Below, in pieces: positions 18,426 to 28,174 of a stretch of 64,000 bases of DNA; positions within the stretch are counted from its first letter, which is position 1, and each line of letters begins with the position of its first letter. The notes below the pieces were generated by a model, which was not told where the DNA came from, did not search any database, and saw only the letters and a list, made by a program, of their open reading frames with translations. This DNA is from Candidatus Fraserbacteria bacterium (GTDB lineage Bacteria > Bipolaricaulota > Bipolaricaulia > RBG-16-55-9 > DRXL01): NCBI GenBank assembly GCA_947085185.1, contig CAMTVK010000021.1, positions 64,001 through 128,000 on the forward strand, written 5' to 3'. The position numbers and the translations under genes were made by a program.

Positions 18426-19811
18426 TTAAGAGGGCCGAAATTCCCGCCGAAAGACCCGCTCACCCCCAGTATCAATGTACTCCACCGTGAGCCGCCCGTC
18501 GCCTAAGACCGTGATCTGCCCGAAATTCCAATGCTGATTGCTCCCGAAAATCCGCGTGGGATTGAGCGTTTCATCGAGCTGCCCCATGTACGACGTCAGG
18601 GCGCTCAGCGGCCCCGCAGTAAACTCATAAAAGTCTATCGCCCCATCGCGATTGGGATCATAGTGAATGACATCGATGAGGTGCTCGTCCCCGGTGAGCC
18701 AGACGACGTTCTTGATCTTGTTCTGCATGATGAAATCGCTGATCTCGATGAGCTCGCGCTCAAAGCCCGTCTCGCTCTCGCCGTTGGCCCAGCTGTCGCA
18801 CGCCGCCGGACAATCCGAAGGGAACGAGAGCTTGACTGTCGAGGCAATGAACTTCCAGGTCGCGTTGGAGGTGCGCAGGCTCTCTTTGAGCCACGCAAGC
18901 TGCTCTCGGCCGAGCATGGTCTTATCTGGGCCATCGGGGCGCTTATTGTCGCTACGGTACTGCCGTGTGTCCAAGATAAAGATCTCGACGTGCTGGCCCC
19001 ACCGGAACGAACGATATAAACGATGGGGATCTTGGGGGTTCACCGTGATGGGGAAGAACTCGAAGAAGACTTGCCGACCGATAGCTAATCTCTGGGGATC
19101 TACGGTCGTGCCCGAAAAGTTATTGATCACCTCGTGATCGTCCCAGATCATATACAGGCTCGTAGCGGCGCGCGCTTTTTGATAGGGCTTATCGGCAAGC
19201 TGATATTTCTGCTTGGCCCGATATTCTTCTAGCGTGTTGGCGACGAACTCACTGCCGGGGGCATTGGGCGGACTAGGGCAGCGCTCGTCGTTATACACCG
19301 TGTCGCCGAGGAAGAGAAAGAAATCGGGCTGGGCTTCAGTCAAGTGATTGAAGATAAAATACTCTGGGCGGCGGCACATGCCCTGACCCCCCAAGTCAGC
19401 GCTCCAGGCGAATTTCACGGGACTAGGGGCGTTGGCTTGTGGAGCCGTGATGAACGTCCCGGCGACGGGCGCGCTCTGCTCACTCCCCAATACTTGGCGC
19501 ACGCGATAGGAATAGCGTGTCGCTGGAGTAAGCCCCGTGAGCACGACCTTGCCGGTGAAGTCCGACTCTGGCTTGAGGACAACAGGCTCGGCGCGCTGCA
19601 CGTCGCGGAAGTCCTCGCTGGTGCTGTACTCCACCACGAGCGTTGAGTTGGGGGCTTCCGCCCCGCGCGCCCAGATGATCGCGCTCTGGGGGGTGACGTC
19701 GCCGGAAGAGACCCCATGGGTGATCGCAAGTTTGGCGCCCGCTCCCACACTGAAAGGAGCAAGAGCCCCGCCGATGAACAACAGAACCCCGACTCTGAAG
19801 AGATTTTTCAT
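18426..19811 (-). CDS. phoD: Alkaline phosphatase D family protein
   Basis: HGVSSGD, FLGDTVY, WDDHE, LDTRQYR, LTGDEH; signal peptide. Confidence 0.9.
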   Translation of the reverse strand: MKNLFRVGVLLFIGGALAPFSVGAGAKLAITHGVSSGDVTPQSAIIWARGAEAPNSTLVVEYSTSEDFRDVQRAEPVVLKPESDFTGKVVLTGLTPATRYSYRVRQVLGSEQSAPVAGTFITAPQANAPSPVKFAWSADLGGQGMCRRPEYFIFNHLTEAQPDFFLFLGDTVYNDERCPSPPNAPGSEFVANTLEEYRAKQKYQLADKPYQKARAATSLYMIWDDHEVINNFSGTTVDPQRLAIGRQVFFEFFPITVNPQDPHRLYRSFRWGQHVEIFILDTRQYRSDNKRPDGPDKTMLGREQLAWLKESLRTSNATWKFIASTVKLSFPSDCPAACDSWANGESETGFERELIEISDFIMQNKIKNVVWLTGDEHLIDVIHYDPNRDGAIDFYEFTAGPLSALTSYMGQLDETLNPTRIFGSNQHWNFGQITVLGDGRLTVEYIDTGGERVFRREFRPS

Positions 19812-19900
19812 AGTCCTGCACCTCCTGAGAGAGATTATAGCCATACTGTGGCGATCTGCCAAATGAGTCGGCAGCCCAATGGAGCATGCGCTCATAAGCT

Positions 19901-20110
19901 TCATAAATATTTTTTGAACTCTTCTTCAGTCATGCCGATCTGCTTCAGGATAGCCCGATAGAGCCCAGACTTTAGCTCTCGGCTATGGACTGGCACGGTT
20001 GTCCATCGTCCATCAGGATGGGCATAGATAGCCTCACTGCCCTTCTGGCGTTTGCGGCGAAACCCCAGCTTTTCTAGGGCCTTCTGCACCTCAGGGGAGC
20101 GCGGCGGCAT
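19901..20110 (-). CDS. hicA: HicA family toxin
   Basis: LEKLGF..RQKGSE..Y.HPDGR.T.VPVH. The usual GSH histidine appears as Glu, so activity is uncertain. Confidence 0.82.
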   Translation of the reverse strand: MPPRSPEVQKALEKLGFRRKRQKGSEAIYAHPDGRWTTVPVHSRELKSGLYRAILKQIGMTEEEFKKYL

Positions 20111-20306
20111 AGTCTGGTTCTGGGATGGGCTGCCCAGCTTCCCTCAAATGCTCGATGACAAGCTCCATCGCATCAAGGACGTTCTGCAAGGTCTCTTCAT
20201 ATGTTTCGCCCTCAGCGAAACATCCTGGAAGTGCAGGGACTTCCGCCCAAAAGCCCCCCTCTGGCGCAGGGTGAATGACGACTCTATACCGGCGCTCGCT
20301 GCTCAT
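20091..20306 (-). CDS. hicB: HicB family antitoxin
   Basis: EGGFWAEVPALPGCFAEGETYEE. Confidence 0.88.
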   Translation of the reverse strand: MSSERRYRVVIHPAPEGGFWAEVPALPGCFAEGETYEETLQNVLDAMELVIEHLREAGQPIPEPDYAAALP

Positions 20307-20319
20307 GTATGATCATCTC

Positions 20320-21228
20320 CTAGCGCATCAAGAGCACGAGCACAGCTTTTTGCGCGTGGAGTCTGTTTTCGGCTTCGTCGAAGATCGCGCTCTGCGGCCC
20401 GTGCGCGACTTCGTGCGTGATCTCCTCCCCATAGTGCGCCGGCAGACAGTGCATAACTAGAGCATCGGGCTTGGCCAGCTTGAGCAGCTCTTGATTGATC
20501 TGAAAGTCTCTAAATCTCTTGCGGCGCTCTTCGGCTTCACGCTCTTGGCCCATCGAGGTCCACACGTCGGTGTAGAGAATATCGGCTCCTTGAGCAGCCA
20601 GCTTGGGAGCGTGAACGATCTCGACTCTGCCCAGGCGCCGCGCTCGATCTAAGATCTGTGCGTTCGGCTCATGCCCTGTAGGGCACGCGACTATGATCTC
20701 CATGCCGAGCTTGGGCCCGGCTTCCAGCCAGGAATTGCACACATTGTTCCCGTCGCCGATCCACCCGAGCTTCAGCCCCTCCAATCTGCGCTTCTTCTCA
20801 TAGACCGTCAGCAGATCCCCCAAAATCTGACAGGGGTGCAGCAGATCCGAAAGCCCGTTGATCACGGGCACGTCAGAGTATTTCGCAAGCTCCTCGACGA
20901 TCTCATGGCCGAAGACCCGCGCCATGATCCCGTCGCAGTACCGAGAGAGCACTTTGGCGATATCCTCGATCGTCTCGCGCTGGCCGAGCTTAATATCGTC
21001 TGGGCCCAGATAGATCGCATGGCCTCCAAGCTGGGTCATGCCCACTTCGAACGAGACCCGTGTGCGCAGTGACGGCTTCTGAAAGATCATGGCGAGCGTC
21101 TTGCCCGCCAGCATGCTATGGGCGATGCCGGCGCGGTGCTCCCGCTTGAGCTGCACCGCCGTCTCCAGAAGCTCCCACACGTCTTCAGCCGTATAGTCAG
21201 CAAACGAGATGAGATGCCTATGGCGCAT
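20320..21228 (-). CDS. argF: Ornithine carbamoyltransferase
   Basis: SLRTRVSF, HPCQ, SMG, HCLP. Confidence 0.95.
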   Translation of the reverse strand: MRHRHLISFADYTAEDVWELLETAVQLKREHRAGIAHSMLAGKTLAMIFQKPSLRTRVSFEVGMTQLGGHAIYLGPDDIKLGQRETIEDIAKVLSRYCDGIMARVFGHEIVEELAKYSDVPVINGLSDLLHPCQILGDLLTVYEKKRRLEGLKLGWIGDGNNVCNSWLEAGPKLGMEIIVACPTGHEPNAQILDRARRLGRVEIVHAPKLAAQGADILYTDVWTSMGQEREAEERRKRFRDFQINQELLKLAKPDALVMHCLPAHYGEEITHEVAHGPQSAIFDEAENRLHAQKAVLVLLMR

Positions 21229-21331
21229 ATCTCGCCTCCTTCTGCTAGGATGATACTGGAATCCGACCGAGGCGCCAAGTTGATTTTTTCGCGCCCGTGC
21301 TTTAGAGTGAAATCTCAGAAGGAGGCGAGCG

Positions 21332-22210
21332 ATGAAGGTCTATCTCAACGGCGAGTTCGTCCCCGAAGAAGAAGCAAAGATTAGCGTCTTCGATCACGGC
21401 TTGCTCTACGGCGACGGGGTCTTTGAGGGCATCCGAGCCTATGACGGCTACGTCTTCAAGCTCGAGCGACATATGGATCGGCTCTACGACAGTGCTCAAG
21501 CTATTGCGCTGGAGATCCCGCTTGGTCGAGAGCAGATGACCCAAGCTATCCTTGAGACGTTACGGGTCAACAGGCTGCGCAGCGCGTATATTCGCCCGAT
21601 CGTGACGCGCGGGCCTGGAGACTTAGGGGTGGACCCACGCCGCTGCCACGGCAAGCCCTCAGTGATTATCATCGTCAAGGAATGGAGATCGCTCTATGGG
21701 GAAGAAAAGATGCGCACCGGCCTGCGAGCGATCGTTGCCCACACCCGCGCCCGCTCCCCTGATAGCCTCTCGCAGAATATTAAATCTCTGAATTACTTAT
21801 CGAACATTATGGCCAAGATCGAGGCCAATCACGCCGGAGCTGATGAGGCGATCATGCTTGATAGCAACGGCTTTGTTGCCGAGGGCACTGCCGACAACGT
21901 CTTTATAGTAAAGCGCGGCACGATCTTCGTGCCCCCAACAGTCACGAATCTCCCCGGCGTCACCCGCGAGACGGTGATCGAGCTTGCCCAAAGAGAGCAG
22001 ATTCCCGTGCGTGAGGAGTTCTTCGGGGTCCCAGCGCTCTATGGGGCTGATGAGTGTTTTATCACCGGGACGGCCGCGGAGATCGCACCGATCGTCGAGA
22101 TCGACAAAAGAGTGATTGGGACGGGCAAGCCCGGTCCGATCACGCAAAGGCTGATGGAGCGATTCCGAGCGATCACGGGCATCCCTGAGACAGGCACGCC
22201 CATCTATTGA
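21332..22210 (+). CDS. ilvE: Branched-chain amino acid aminotransferase
   Basis: [28 protein letters not shown]. Confidence 0.94.
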   Translation: MKVYLNGEFVPEEEAKISVFDHGLLYGDGVFEGIRAYDGYVFKLERHMDRLYDSAQAIALEIPLGREQMTQAILETLRVNRLRSAYIRPIVTRGPGDLGVDPRRCHGKPSVIIIVKEWRSLYGEEKMRTGLRAIVAHTRARSPDSLSQNIKSLNYLSNIMAKIEANHAGADEAIMLDSNGFVAEGTADNVFIVKRGTIFVPPTVTNLPGVTRETVIELAQREQIPVREEFFGVPALYGADECFITGTAAEIAPIVEIDKRVIGTGKPGPITQRLMERFRAITGIPETGTPIY

Positions 22211-22260
22211 AAGCGCTGCTGGGCTTGGAATCTCAAAGTGCACTGTGTATACTTCATCCT

Positions 22261-22503
22261 ATGAAGGCGAAGGTTCAGAAGTGGGGCAATAGTTTGGCTC
22301 TACGCATTCCGAAGGCTTTTGCTGCCGAGGTCGGCTTGTTTAACGAAGCCACGGTCGAAGTGACAGTTAAAGGCCGTAAACTCATCGTTGAACCACTGAA
22401 GCAGCCGGGCTGGACCCTGCACCAGCTTCTCAAAGGAGTTACGAGAAAGAACTTGCACGCAGAGATTGCCACCGGCCTGCCTCAAGGGAATGAAGCGTGG
22501 TAA
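22261..22503 (+). CDS. mazE: MazE/AbrB antitoxin
   Basis: KVQKWGNSLALRIP. Confidence 0.9.
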   Translation: MKAKVQKWGNSLALRIPKAFAAEVGLFNEATVEVTVKGRKLIVEPLKQPGWTLHQLLKGVTRKNLHAEIATGLPQGNEAW

Positions 22504-22841
22504 CGGGTGTGTCTCCAGTGCCTGATCGTGGCGACATCGTCTGGATCTTACTGAGTCCGCAAGTAGGTCATGAACAAGCAGGGAGGCGACCGGCGCTGGT
22601 GCTCTCACCTGCGGCTTATAATCGCAAAGTAGGCTTGGCGCTCCTTTGCCCTATAACAAGCCAGGTCAAGGGCTATCCTTTTGAAGTGCGCCTACCTCAA
22701 GGATTGCCCGTGGCTGGTGTGATCTTATCTGACCAAGTCAAAAGTCTAGATTGGAGGGCGCGAAAGGCTGAGATAGTTTGTAAAGTACCTGATGAGATCG
22801 TCCAGGAAGTGTTGTTGAAGTTAGGGACCCTGCTCTCTTGA
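22497..22841 (+). CDS. mazF: MazF endoribonuclease toxin
   Basis: GHEQAGRRPALVLSP, PITSQVKGYPFEV, DQVKSLDWRAR. Confidence 0.92.
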   Translation: MVTGVSPVPDRGDIVWILLSPQVGHEQAGRRPALVLSPAAYNRKVGLALLCPITSQVKGYPFEVRLPQGLPVAGVILSDQVKSLDWRARKAEIVCKVPDEIVQEVLLKLGTLLS

Positions 22842-22862
22842 GAGCGAGCTAGGAGGTGATCT

Positions 22863-24308
22863 ATGGGGGTTCGAGTTCGGTTTGCCCCAAGCCCAACGGG
22901 GGAATTACACGTCGGGGGAGCGCGCACCGCGCTCTTCAATTGGCTCTTCGCACGCAAGCACCAGGGCGTCTTTATTCTGAGATTCGAAGATACTGATATT
23001 GAGCGCAATCGCCTGGAGCTGATCGAGCCCATCTTAGAAAGTTTGCGGTGGCTTGGACTGCTCTGGGACGAAGGGCCGTACTTCCAGAGCCAACGCTTGA
23101 GCCTCTATCAAGAGTGGGCCAAGCGACTGCTCTCCGAGGGGAAGGCGTATAAGTGTTACTGTACTCCTGAAGAGCTGGAGAAGAAGCGCCAAGCTGCGCT
23201 CGCTGCCAAACAGAAGCCTCGCTACGACGGGCACTGCCGAGCTCTCACCCCCTCCCAAGAGCAGAGGTTCATCAGCGAAGGGCGCAAGCCCGCTCTGCGA
23301 CTGAAGATCCCTCAATCGGGCACGATCGTCGTCGAGGACGTCATTCGCGGGCGGGTCGAGTTCGATCTCGCCGAGCTCGACGATTTTATCATCCTTCGTT
23401 CTGATGGCCGGCCGACATATAATTTTGCCGTCGTCGTAGACGACGTCACGATGGGCATCACCCACGTCATCCGCGCCGACGAGCATCTCAACAACACTCC
23501 AAAACAGATCCTGATCTATCACGCGTTTGGAGAAGGTCTGCCCGTCTTCGCTCATGTTCCCATGGTCTTGGCCAAAGATCGGAGTAAGCTGTCCAAGCGC
23601 CACGGCGCGACGGCGGTGTTTGAGTTTCGCGACCGTGGGATTTTGCCAGAAGCGCTCGTCAATTATCTGGCTCGTTTAGGCTGGTCGCACGGCGACCAAG
23701 AGATCTTTACTGTCCAAGAGCTGATCGAGAATTTTTCGCTTTCGGCTGTCCACCCCTCCGCGGCAATCTTCGACGAAGAGAAATTATGTTGGGTGAATCA
23801 GCACTATCTCAAGACGAGCGATCCCCATGGTCTGGGGGAGCTCTTACGCCCGTTCTTGGTGAAGCTCAATATTATGAGCGAGGCTGAGGCCCACGCTGTG
23901 CCCAGTGGAAGACTCGCGCAGATCGTGGTGCTCTTTCGGGAGCGGGCCAAGACGCTCATCGAGCTGGCCGAGCCGGCTCGGTATCTGCTGACAGATACTG
24001 TTTCGTATGAACCGGAGGCGGTGCAGAAGTTTCTCACCCCAGAGAAGATTGAGCTTGTGCGTGGGCTGGCGGAGGCGCTCGCTGTGGTGGAGCCGTTTAC
24101 GGCGTCGGAGCTAGAGAGGGCCACGCGGGCATATCTTGAGCAGCAAGGCAAGGCGCTCAAAGATATGGCGCAGGCGTGTCGGGTGGCGCTGACGGGGCGA
24201 ACGGCAGGGGCGGGGCTCTTCGAGACGATGGAGCTGATCGGGCGAGAGCGAGTCATTGCCCGACTGCGGCAGGCGAGCGCCAAGCGGCTAGAGCAGTTTC
24301 ACGTATAG
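22863..24308 (+). CDS. gltX: Glutamate--tRNA ligase
   Basis: RFAPSPTG, HVGG, KLSKR. Confidence 0.96.
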   Translation: MGVRVRFAPSPTGELHVGGARTALFNWLFARKHQGVFILRFEDTDIERNRLELIEPILESLRWLGLLWDEGPYFQSQRLSLYQEWAKRLLSEGKAYKCYCTPEELEKKRQAALAAKQKPRYDGHCRALTPSQEQRFISEGRKPALRLKIPQSGTIVVEDVIRGRVEFDLAELDDFIILRSDGRPTYNFAVVVDDVTMGITHVIRADEHLNNTPKQILIYHAFGEGLPVFAHVPMVLAKDRSKLSKRHGATAVFEFRDRGILPEALVNYLARLGWSHGDQEIFTVQELIENFSLSAVHPSAAIFDEEKLCWVNQHYLKTSDPHGLGELLRPFLVKLNIMSEAEAHAVPSGRLAQIVVLFRERAKTLIELAEPARYLLTDTVSYEPEAVQKFLTPEKIELVRGLAEALAVVEPFTASELERATRAYLEQQGKALKDMAQACRVALTGRTAGAGLFETMELIGRERVIARLRQASAKRLEQFHV

Positions 24309-24616
24309 ACAATGCCGTCGCGGGCGGCATTTTCTAAGAAGGCCCACTCCCCATGCGCCCACTCCTCGGGCGTGACCCCAAAAGCTTCAATGGGCTCTAA
24401 GATGCGCGCTGCGGCTACTCCCAACAGCTCTAGGCGCTCCCGCAAATCCTTGCCTGCAAAGTCTTGAGAGATGACGACGAGATCAATGTCACTCCAGGCC
24501 TCATTGTGACCGCGTGCACAGGAACCGAATAAGATCAAACGCTCAGGCCGCACACCCATGATGATCAATTGTTGCTTGAACCGCTCGAGGACTGAGGCAA
24601 TTGTGTCTTCAGCCAT
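24299..24616 (-). CDS. Minimal nucleotidyltransferase (MNT)
   Basis: LFGSCARG..SDIDLVVIS. Confidence 0.87.
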   Translation of the reverse strand: MAEDTIASVLERFKQQLIIMGVRPERLILFGSCARGHNEAWSDIDLVVISQDFAGKDLRERLELLGVAAARILEPIEAFGVTPEEWAHGEWAFLENAARDGIVYT

Positions 24617-24975
24617 CGTAGTACCTCCTTGGTTTTCTTGAGATATTCTTGAGTCACACGCCGGGGATAGGCTCGTATAGCTTTTTGCAGGTCTTCCGGG
24701 TAGCGTGTCACCACACTGGCGTCATTGAGCTTACCGATGAAATCGAGCAGTTCTTGGGGCACGAGCAAAGCCAACTCTTTGATGAAAAAGAGCAAGCTAT
24801 GCGTCCTGGGTGGAAACCGCCCTGTGAACTCCCAATAGAGTGCCTTGAGCGCTTTCTCAGTTGCCAGATGGCACATAAAGATGCAGTACACATAGCGTCG
24901 AGAACGGAACATCACCTGAGCCGTTTTCCAGTCGTAGTCAGACATCTCCAGCCATTTGCGTGTCTGTTCTTTCAT
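24565..24975 (-). CDS. HEPN domain protein
   Basis: FMCHLATEKALKA, PRTHSL, TRYP. Confidence 0.87.
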   Translation of the reverse strand: MKEQTRKWLEMSDYDWKTAQVMFRSRRYVYCIFMCHLATEKALKALYWEFTGRFPPRTHSLLFFIKELALLVPQELLDFIGKLNDASVVTRYPEDLQKAIRAYPRRVTQEYLKKTKEVLRWLKTQLPQSSSGSSNN

Positions 24976-25028
24976 ACCGGAGCCTTCTTGCATTTGCAAT
25001 AAGATCATGACGGATCGGGTAGGCTTTG

Positions 25029-25301
25029 TCAAACTTCAGGCGAGAGCGAGTCATTGCCCGACTGCGGCAGGCGGGGGCTTGAGCACAGCAAAAGGCGCTT
25101 TTGTAAGCGCTTAACCTCTTTTTGGCGAATGCGAATCTCTTTCTTCCAGTAGGTGATAAGCCGTTGATTGGGGTGAGCTTTTTTCTGCTCTTCTGAGAGC
25201 TTGCGTTGGTGCTCCCGGATGGTCTCTTGCAAGCCTGCTATGCGTTTTTTGAGTGCCTTGCGGCGTCGGTGTTGGTCACGCTTGCTCAAAGCTCTCCTCA
25301 C
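25029..25301 (-). CDS. Small basic coiled-coil hypothetical protein
   Basis: Lys/Arg-rich, EH..K..E...P...LI.YW.KEI pattern. Start may be TTG 25289. Confidence 0.6.
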   Translation of the reverse strand: MRRALSKRDQHRRRKALKKRIAGLQETIREHQRKLSEEQKKAHPNQRLITYWKKEIRIRQKEVKRLQKRLLLCSSPRLPQSGNDSLSPEV

Positions 25302-25309
25302 AGAGCGAA

Positions 25310-25552
25310 TTAAGCTTCAAGTTCAACGCGGTCCCACTCCTTGATGAGGGTGGACAGATCATGCTGTAGAGAGATGAGGCGGCCGTAGAGAGAACTTTCA
25401 AGTCGTTGGTGAAGCTTGCTGTTTGGCTTTGTCTTCTTCAGTTGCTCGAGCAACCGAAGGGTTTCTCGGCATTCGCTTTCAAATTCCTTGACCAAACCGT
25501 CGAGGAACTCATGAGAAGTAGAGAGCACCTGGCATGGTGAGTTTGCAGCCAT
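25310..25552 (-). CDS. Small helical hypothetical protein
   Basis: GAGGTG SD upstream; 8-nt gap to the next ORF. Confidence 0.6.
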   Translation of the reverse strand: MAANSPCQVLSTSHEFLDGLVKEFESECRETLRLLEQLKKTKPNSKLHQRLESSLYGRLISLQHDLSTLIKEWDRVELEA

Positions 25553-25675
25553 TGTGTGTCACCTCGCGCTGATATTGTGTCAAAGAGGAGGGCCGTTGTC
25601 AACTTCAAAAATCCGCCATCGGCTCGTCGGTTGCATCTCCGCCCTACTCAAGCTACAATGACCTCCTGAACGACT

Positions 25676-27373
25676 ATGAGCCAAGCCCCCAAAGACTTCA
25701 TCCGCGAGATCATCGAAAACGATAGAAAAATGGGCAAGTACGGGGGAAGAGTCCACACGCGCTTTCCCCCTGAACCCAATGGATACCTGCACATCGGCCA
25801 CGCCAAAAGCGTCTTGCTCAATTACTGGATCGCCCAAGAATTCGGAGGCAAGTTCAACCTGCGCTTCGACGACACCAACCCCGAAAAAGAAGAGCAAGAG
25901 TACGTGGACGCCATCAAACGCGACCTGCGCTGGCTTGGCATCGACTGGGAAGATCGCGAATTCTACGCCTCGGATTATTTCGAGCAGCTCTATCAGTGGG
26001 CCGAAGAGCTCATCAAGAAGGGCAAAGCGTACGTGTGCGATCTCTCCCCACAAGAGATCAGCGAATACCGAGGCAAAGCGATCGTTCAAGACGGCAAGAT
26101 CATCACCCCGCCGGGCAAAGAGAGCCCCTATCGGAATCGCTCCGTCGAAGAGAATCTCGAGCTGTTTCGGCGAATGCGCGCCGGAGAATTCCCCGACGGT
26201 GCCAAAACGCTGCGCGCCAAGATCGACATGGCCCACCCGAACTTAAATATGCGCGACCCCGTCATGTATCGCATCATGCACGTCCCACACTATCGCACCG
26301 GCACGCAATGGTGCATCTATCCGACCTATGACTGGGCGCACGGACAGTCGGACTCCATCGAAGGGATCACGCACTCCATCTGCACGTTAGAATTCGAAGA
26401 TCATCGGCCCTTGTACGACTGGTTCTTGGAGCAGTTGGGGATTCATCATCCGCGACAGATCGAGTTCGCCCGGCTTAATCTCACGTATACCGTGATGAGC
26501 AAACGTCTGCTCTTGCAGCTCGTGCAGGAGGGCTACGTGCGCGGCTGGGATGATCCCAGAATGCCCACGCTCGCCGGGATGCGCCGGCGCGGCTACACCC
26601 CCGAAGCAATCCACGAATTTGTCCGACGCGTTGGGGTCTCCAAGCGCGAGAGCATCACCGAGATAGAGCTGCTGGAGCACTGCGTCCGACAAGACTTAAA
26701 TAAGCGCGCCCCGCGTCGCCTGGCCGTGCTCGACCCGCTCAAAGTCGTCATCACCAACTACCCCGACGGCCAAGTCGAATGGCTCGAGGCTCTCAATAAC
26801 CCCGAAGACCCTGGGGCCGGCACACGCAAGGTCCCGTTCTCTAAAGTCTTATATATCGAACGCGACGATTTTATGGAGAACCCACCGAAGGACTTCTATC
26901 GCTTGGCCCCCGGACGCGAAGTGCGCCTGCGCTATGCGTACTTCATCACGTGCGTGGACGTCCTCAAAGATTCCCAAGGGAACGTGATGGAGCTGCTCTG
27001 CACCTACGATCCGGCGACGCGCGGGGGAGACGCGCCCGACGGGCGCAAAGTGAAAGCGACGATTCACTGGGTCTCAGCGCAGCACGCCGTCGACGCTGAA
27101 GTTCGTCTGTATGACCGTCTCTTCACCAAGCCCGATCCGTTGGATGTGCCCCAGGGCCACGACTGGAAGGAGAATATCAACCCCAATTCGCTCATAGTGC
27201 TGCAAAACTGCAAGCTCGAGCCAAGCCTCACCGACGCCACAGTCGGAGATCGCTTCCAGTTTGAGCGCAAAGGGTACTTCTGCGTCGATCCGGATTCGAC
27301 GGAGAAAAGGCTCATCTTCAACCGCACGGTGACGCTCAAGGGGGAATGGGAGAAAGTCAAACAGTCCAGCTAG
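25676..27373 (+). CDS. glnS: Glutamine--tRNA ligase
   Basis: [39 protein letters not shown]. Confidence 0.96.
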   Translation: MSQAPKDFIREIIENDRKMGKYGGRVHTRFPPEPNGYLHIGHAKSVLLNYWIAQEFGGKFNLRFDDTNPEKEEQEYVDAIKRDLRWLGIDWEDREFYASDYFEQLYQWAEELIKKGKAYVCDLSPQEISEYRGKAIVQDGKIITPPGKESPYRNRSVEENLELFRRMRAGEFPDGAKTLRAKIDMAHPNLNMRDPVMYRIMHVPHYRTGTQWCIYPTYDWAHGQSDSIEGITHSICTLEFEDHRPLYDWFLEQLGIHHPRQIEFARLNLTYTVMSKRLLLQLVQEGYVRGWDDPRMPTLAGMRRRGYTPEAIHEFVRRVGVSKRESITEIELLEHCVRQDLNKRAPRRLAVLDPLKVVITNYPDGQVEWLEALNNPEDPGAGTRKVPFSKVLYIERDDFMENPPKDFYRLAPGREVRLRYAYFITCVDVLKDSQGNVMELLCTYDPATRGGDAPDGRKVKATIHWVSAQHAVDAEVRLYDRLFTKPDPLDVPQGHDWKENINPNSLIVLQNCKLEPSLTDATVGDRFQFERKGYFCVDPDSTEKRLIFNRTVTLKGEWEKVKQSS

Positions 27374-27406
27374 CCCCGCGCGCTTCTTTGGAGTACAATA
27401 CCCTCG

Positions 27407-28174
27407 ATGCGTGCGATCTCGATTGCCCCTGGACTGACACTGATAGACCTGGCGCTCTTCTTGCCCACCGAGGGAGTGCTGGCCATTGCCGACGTGCATT
27501 TGGGAATCGAAGACGCCCTTCGAGACGAGGGCATCCTCGTGCCCAGAGCCCATCTTGCTCAAGTGCAGCAGCGACTGGCGCGGATCTTCCAGGAGCTGCA
27601 CATCACGCCCTCGCATCCTCTGCGCAAGATTCTTATCAACGGCGACCTGCGCCATCAGTTTGGGCCATGGTCGCGCATCGAACACCGGGAGTCCCAAGAA
27701 TTCTTGCGTTGGCTGGAGCACTGGGCAGACCAGATCATTCTCGTTGAGGGCAACCATGATCGCTCGCTCCAGAGATGGGGCAGCGAGCGTGTGACCGTCG
27801 TCAAGAGTCATATCGAGAACGATTGTTGGTTCGTGCATGGGGATGGGGAAGTCTCCCCTCCCCGTGTCAGGGAGGGGCTGGGGGAGAGGTCTCCATGGAT
27901 CGTCATCGGCCATGAGCATCCCGCCGTCGGATTGAGAGACCCCATCACGCGGCGCGTCGAAGTCTACAAGTGCTTTCTTGTCGGAAGATTTGCGCAAAAA
28001 AATCTCGTGGTGTTGCCCTCGTTCAATCAGCTCGTTCGGGGAAGCGACGTGCTCACAGAACAGCCCCTCTCGCCGTTTGTGCAGCAGAGCGATCTCGAAG
28101 ATTTTTCGGTCTACGTCGTCTCTGACGCCGGGGATATCTATGAATTTGGCCCGCTGCGCCGATTGCTCTTATGA
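27407..28174 (+). CDS. Metallophosphoesterase (calcineurin-like)
   Basis: DVHLG, NGD, GNHD, HG, GHEHP motifs. Confidence 0.88.
   Translation: MRAISIAPGLTLIDLALFLPTEGVLAIADVHLGIEDALRDEGILVPRAHLAQVQQRLARIFQELHITPSHPLRKILINGDLRHQFGPWSRIEHRESQEFLRWLEHWADQIILVEGNHDRSLQRWGSERVTVVKSHIENDCWFVHGDGEVSPPRVREGLGERSPWIVIGHEHPAVGLRDPITRRVEVYKCFLVGRFAQKNLVVLPSFNQLVRGSDVLTEQPLSPFVQQSDLEDFSVYVVSDAGDIYEFGPLRRLLL

Larger units (their letters stand above)
24241..25073 (+). repeat. 35-bp perfect direct repeat (24241-24275 and 25039-25073) bounding a HEPN-MNT islet
   Basis: GGCGAGAGCGAGTCATTGCCCGACTGCGGCAGGCG occurs at both positions. Confidence 0.9.
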
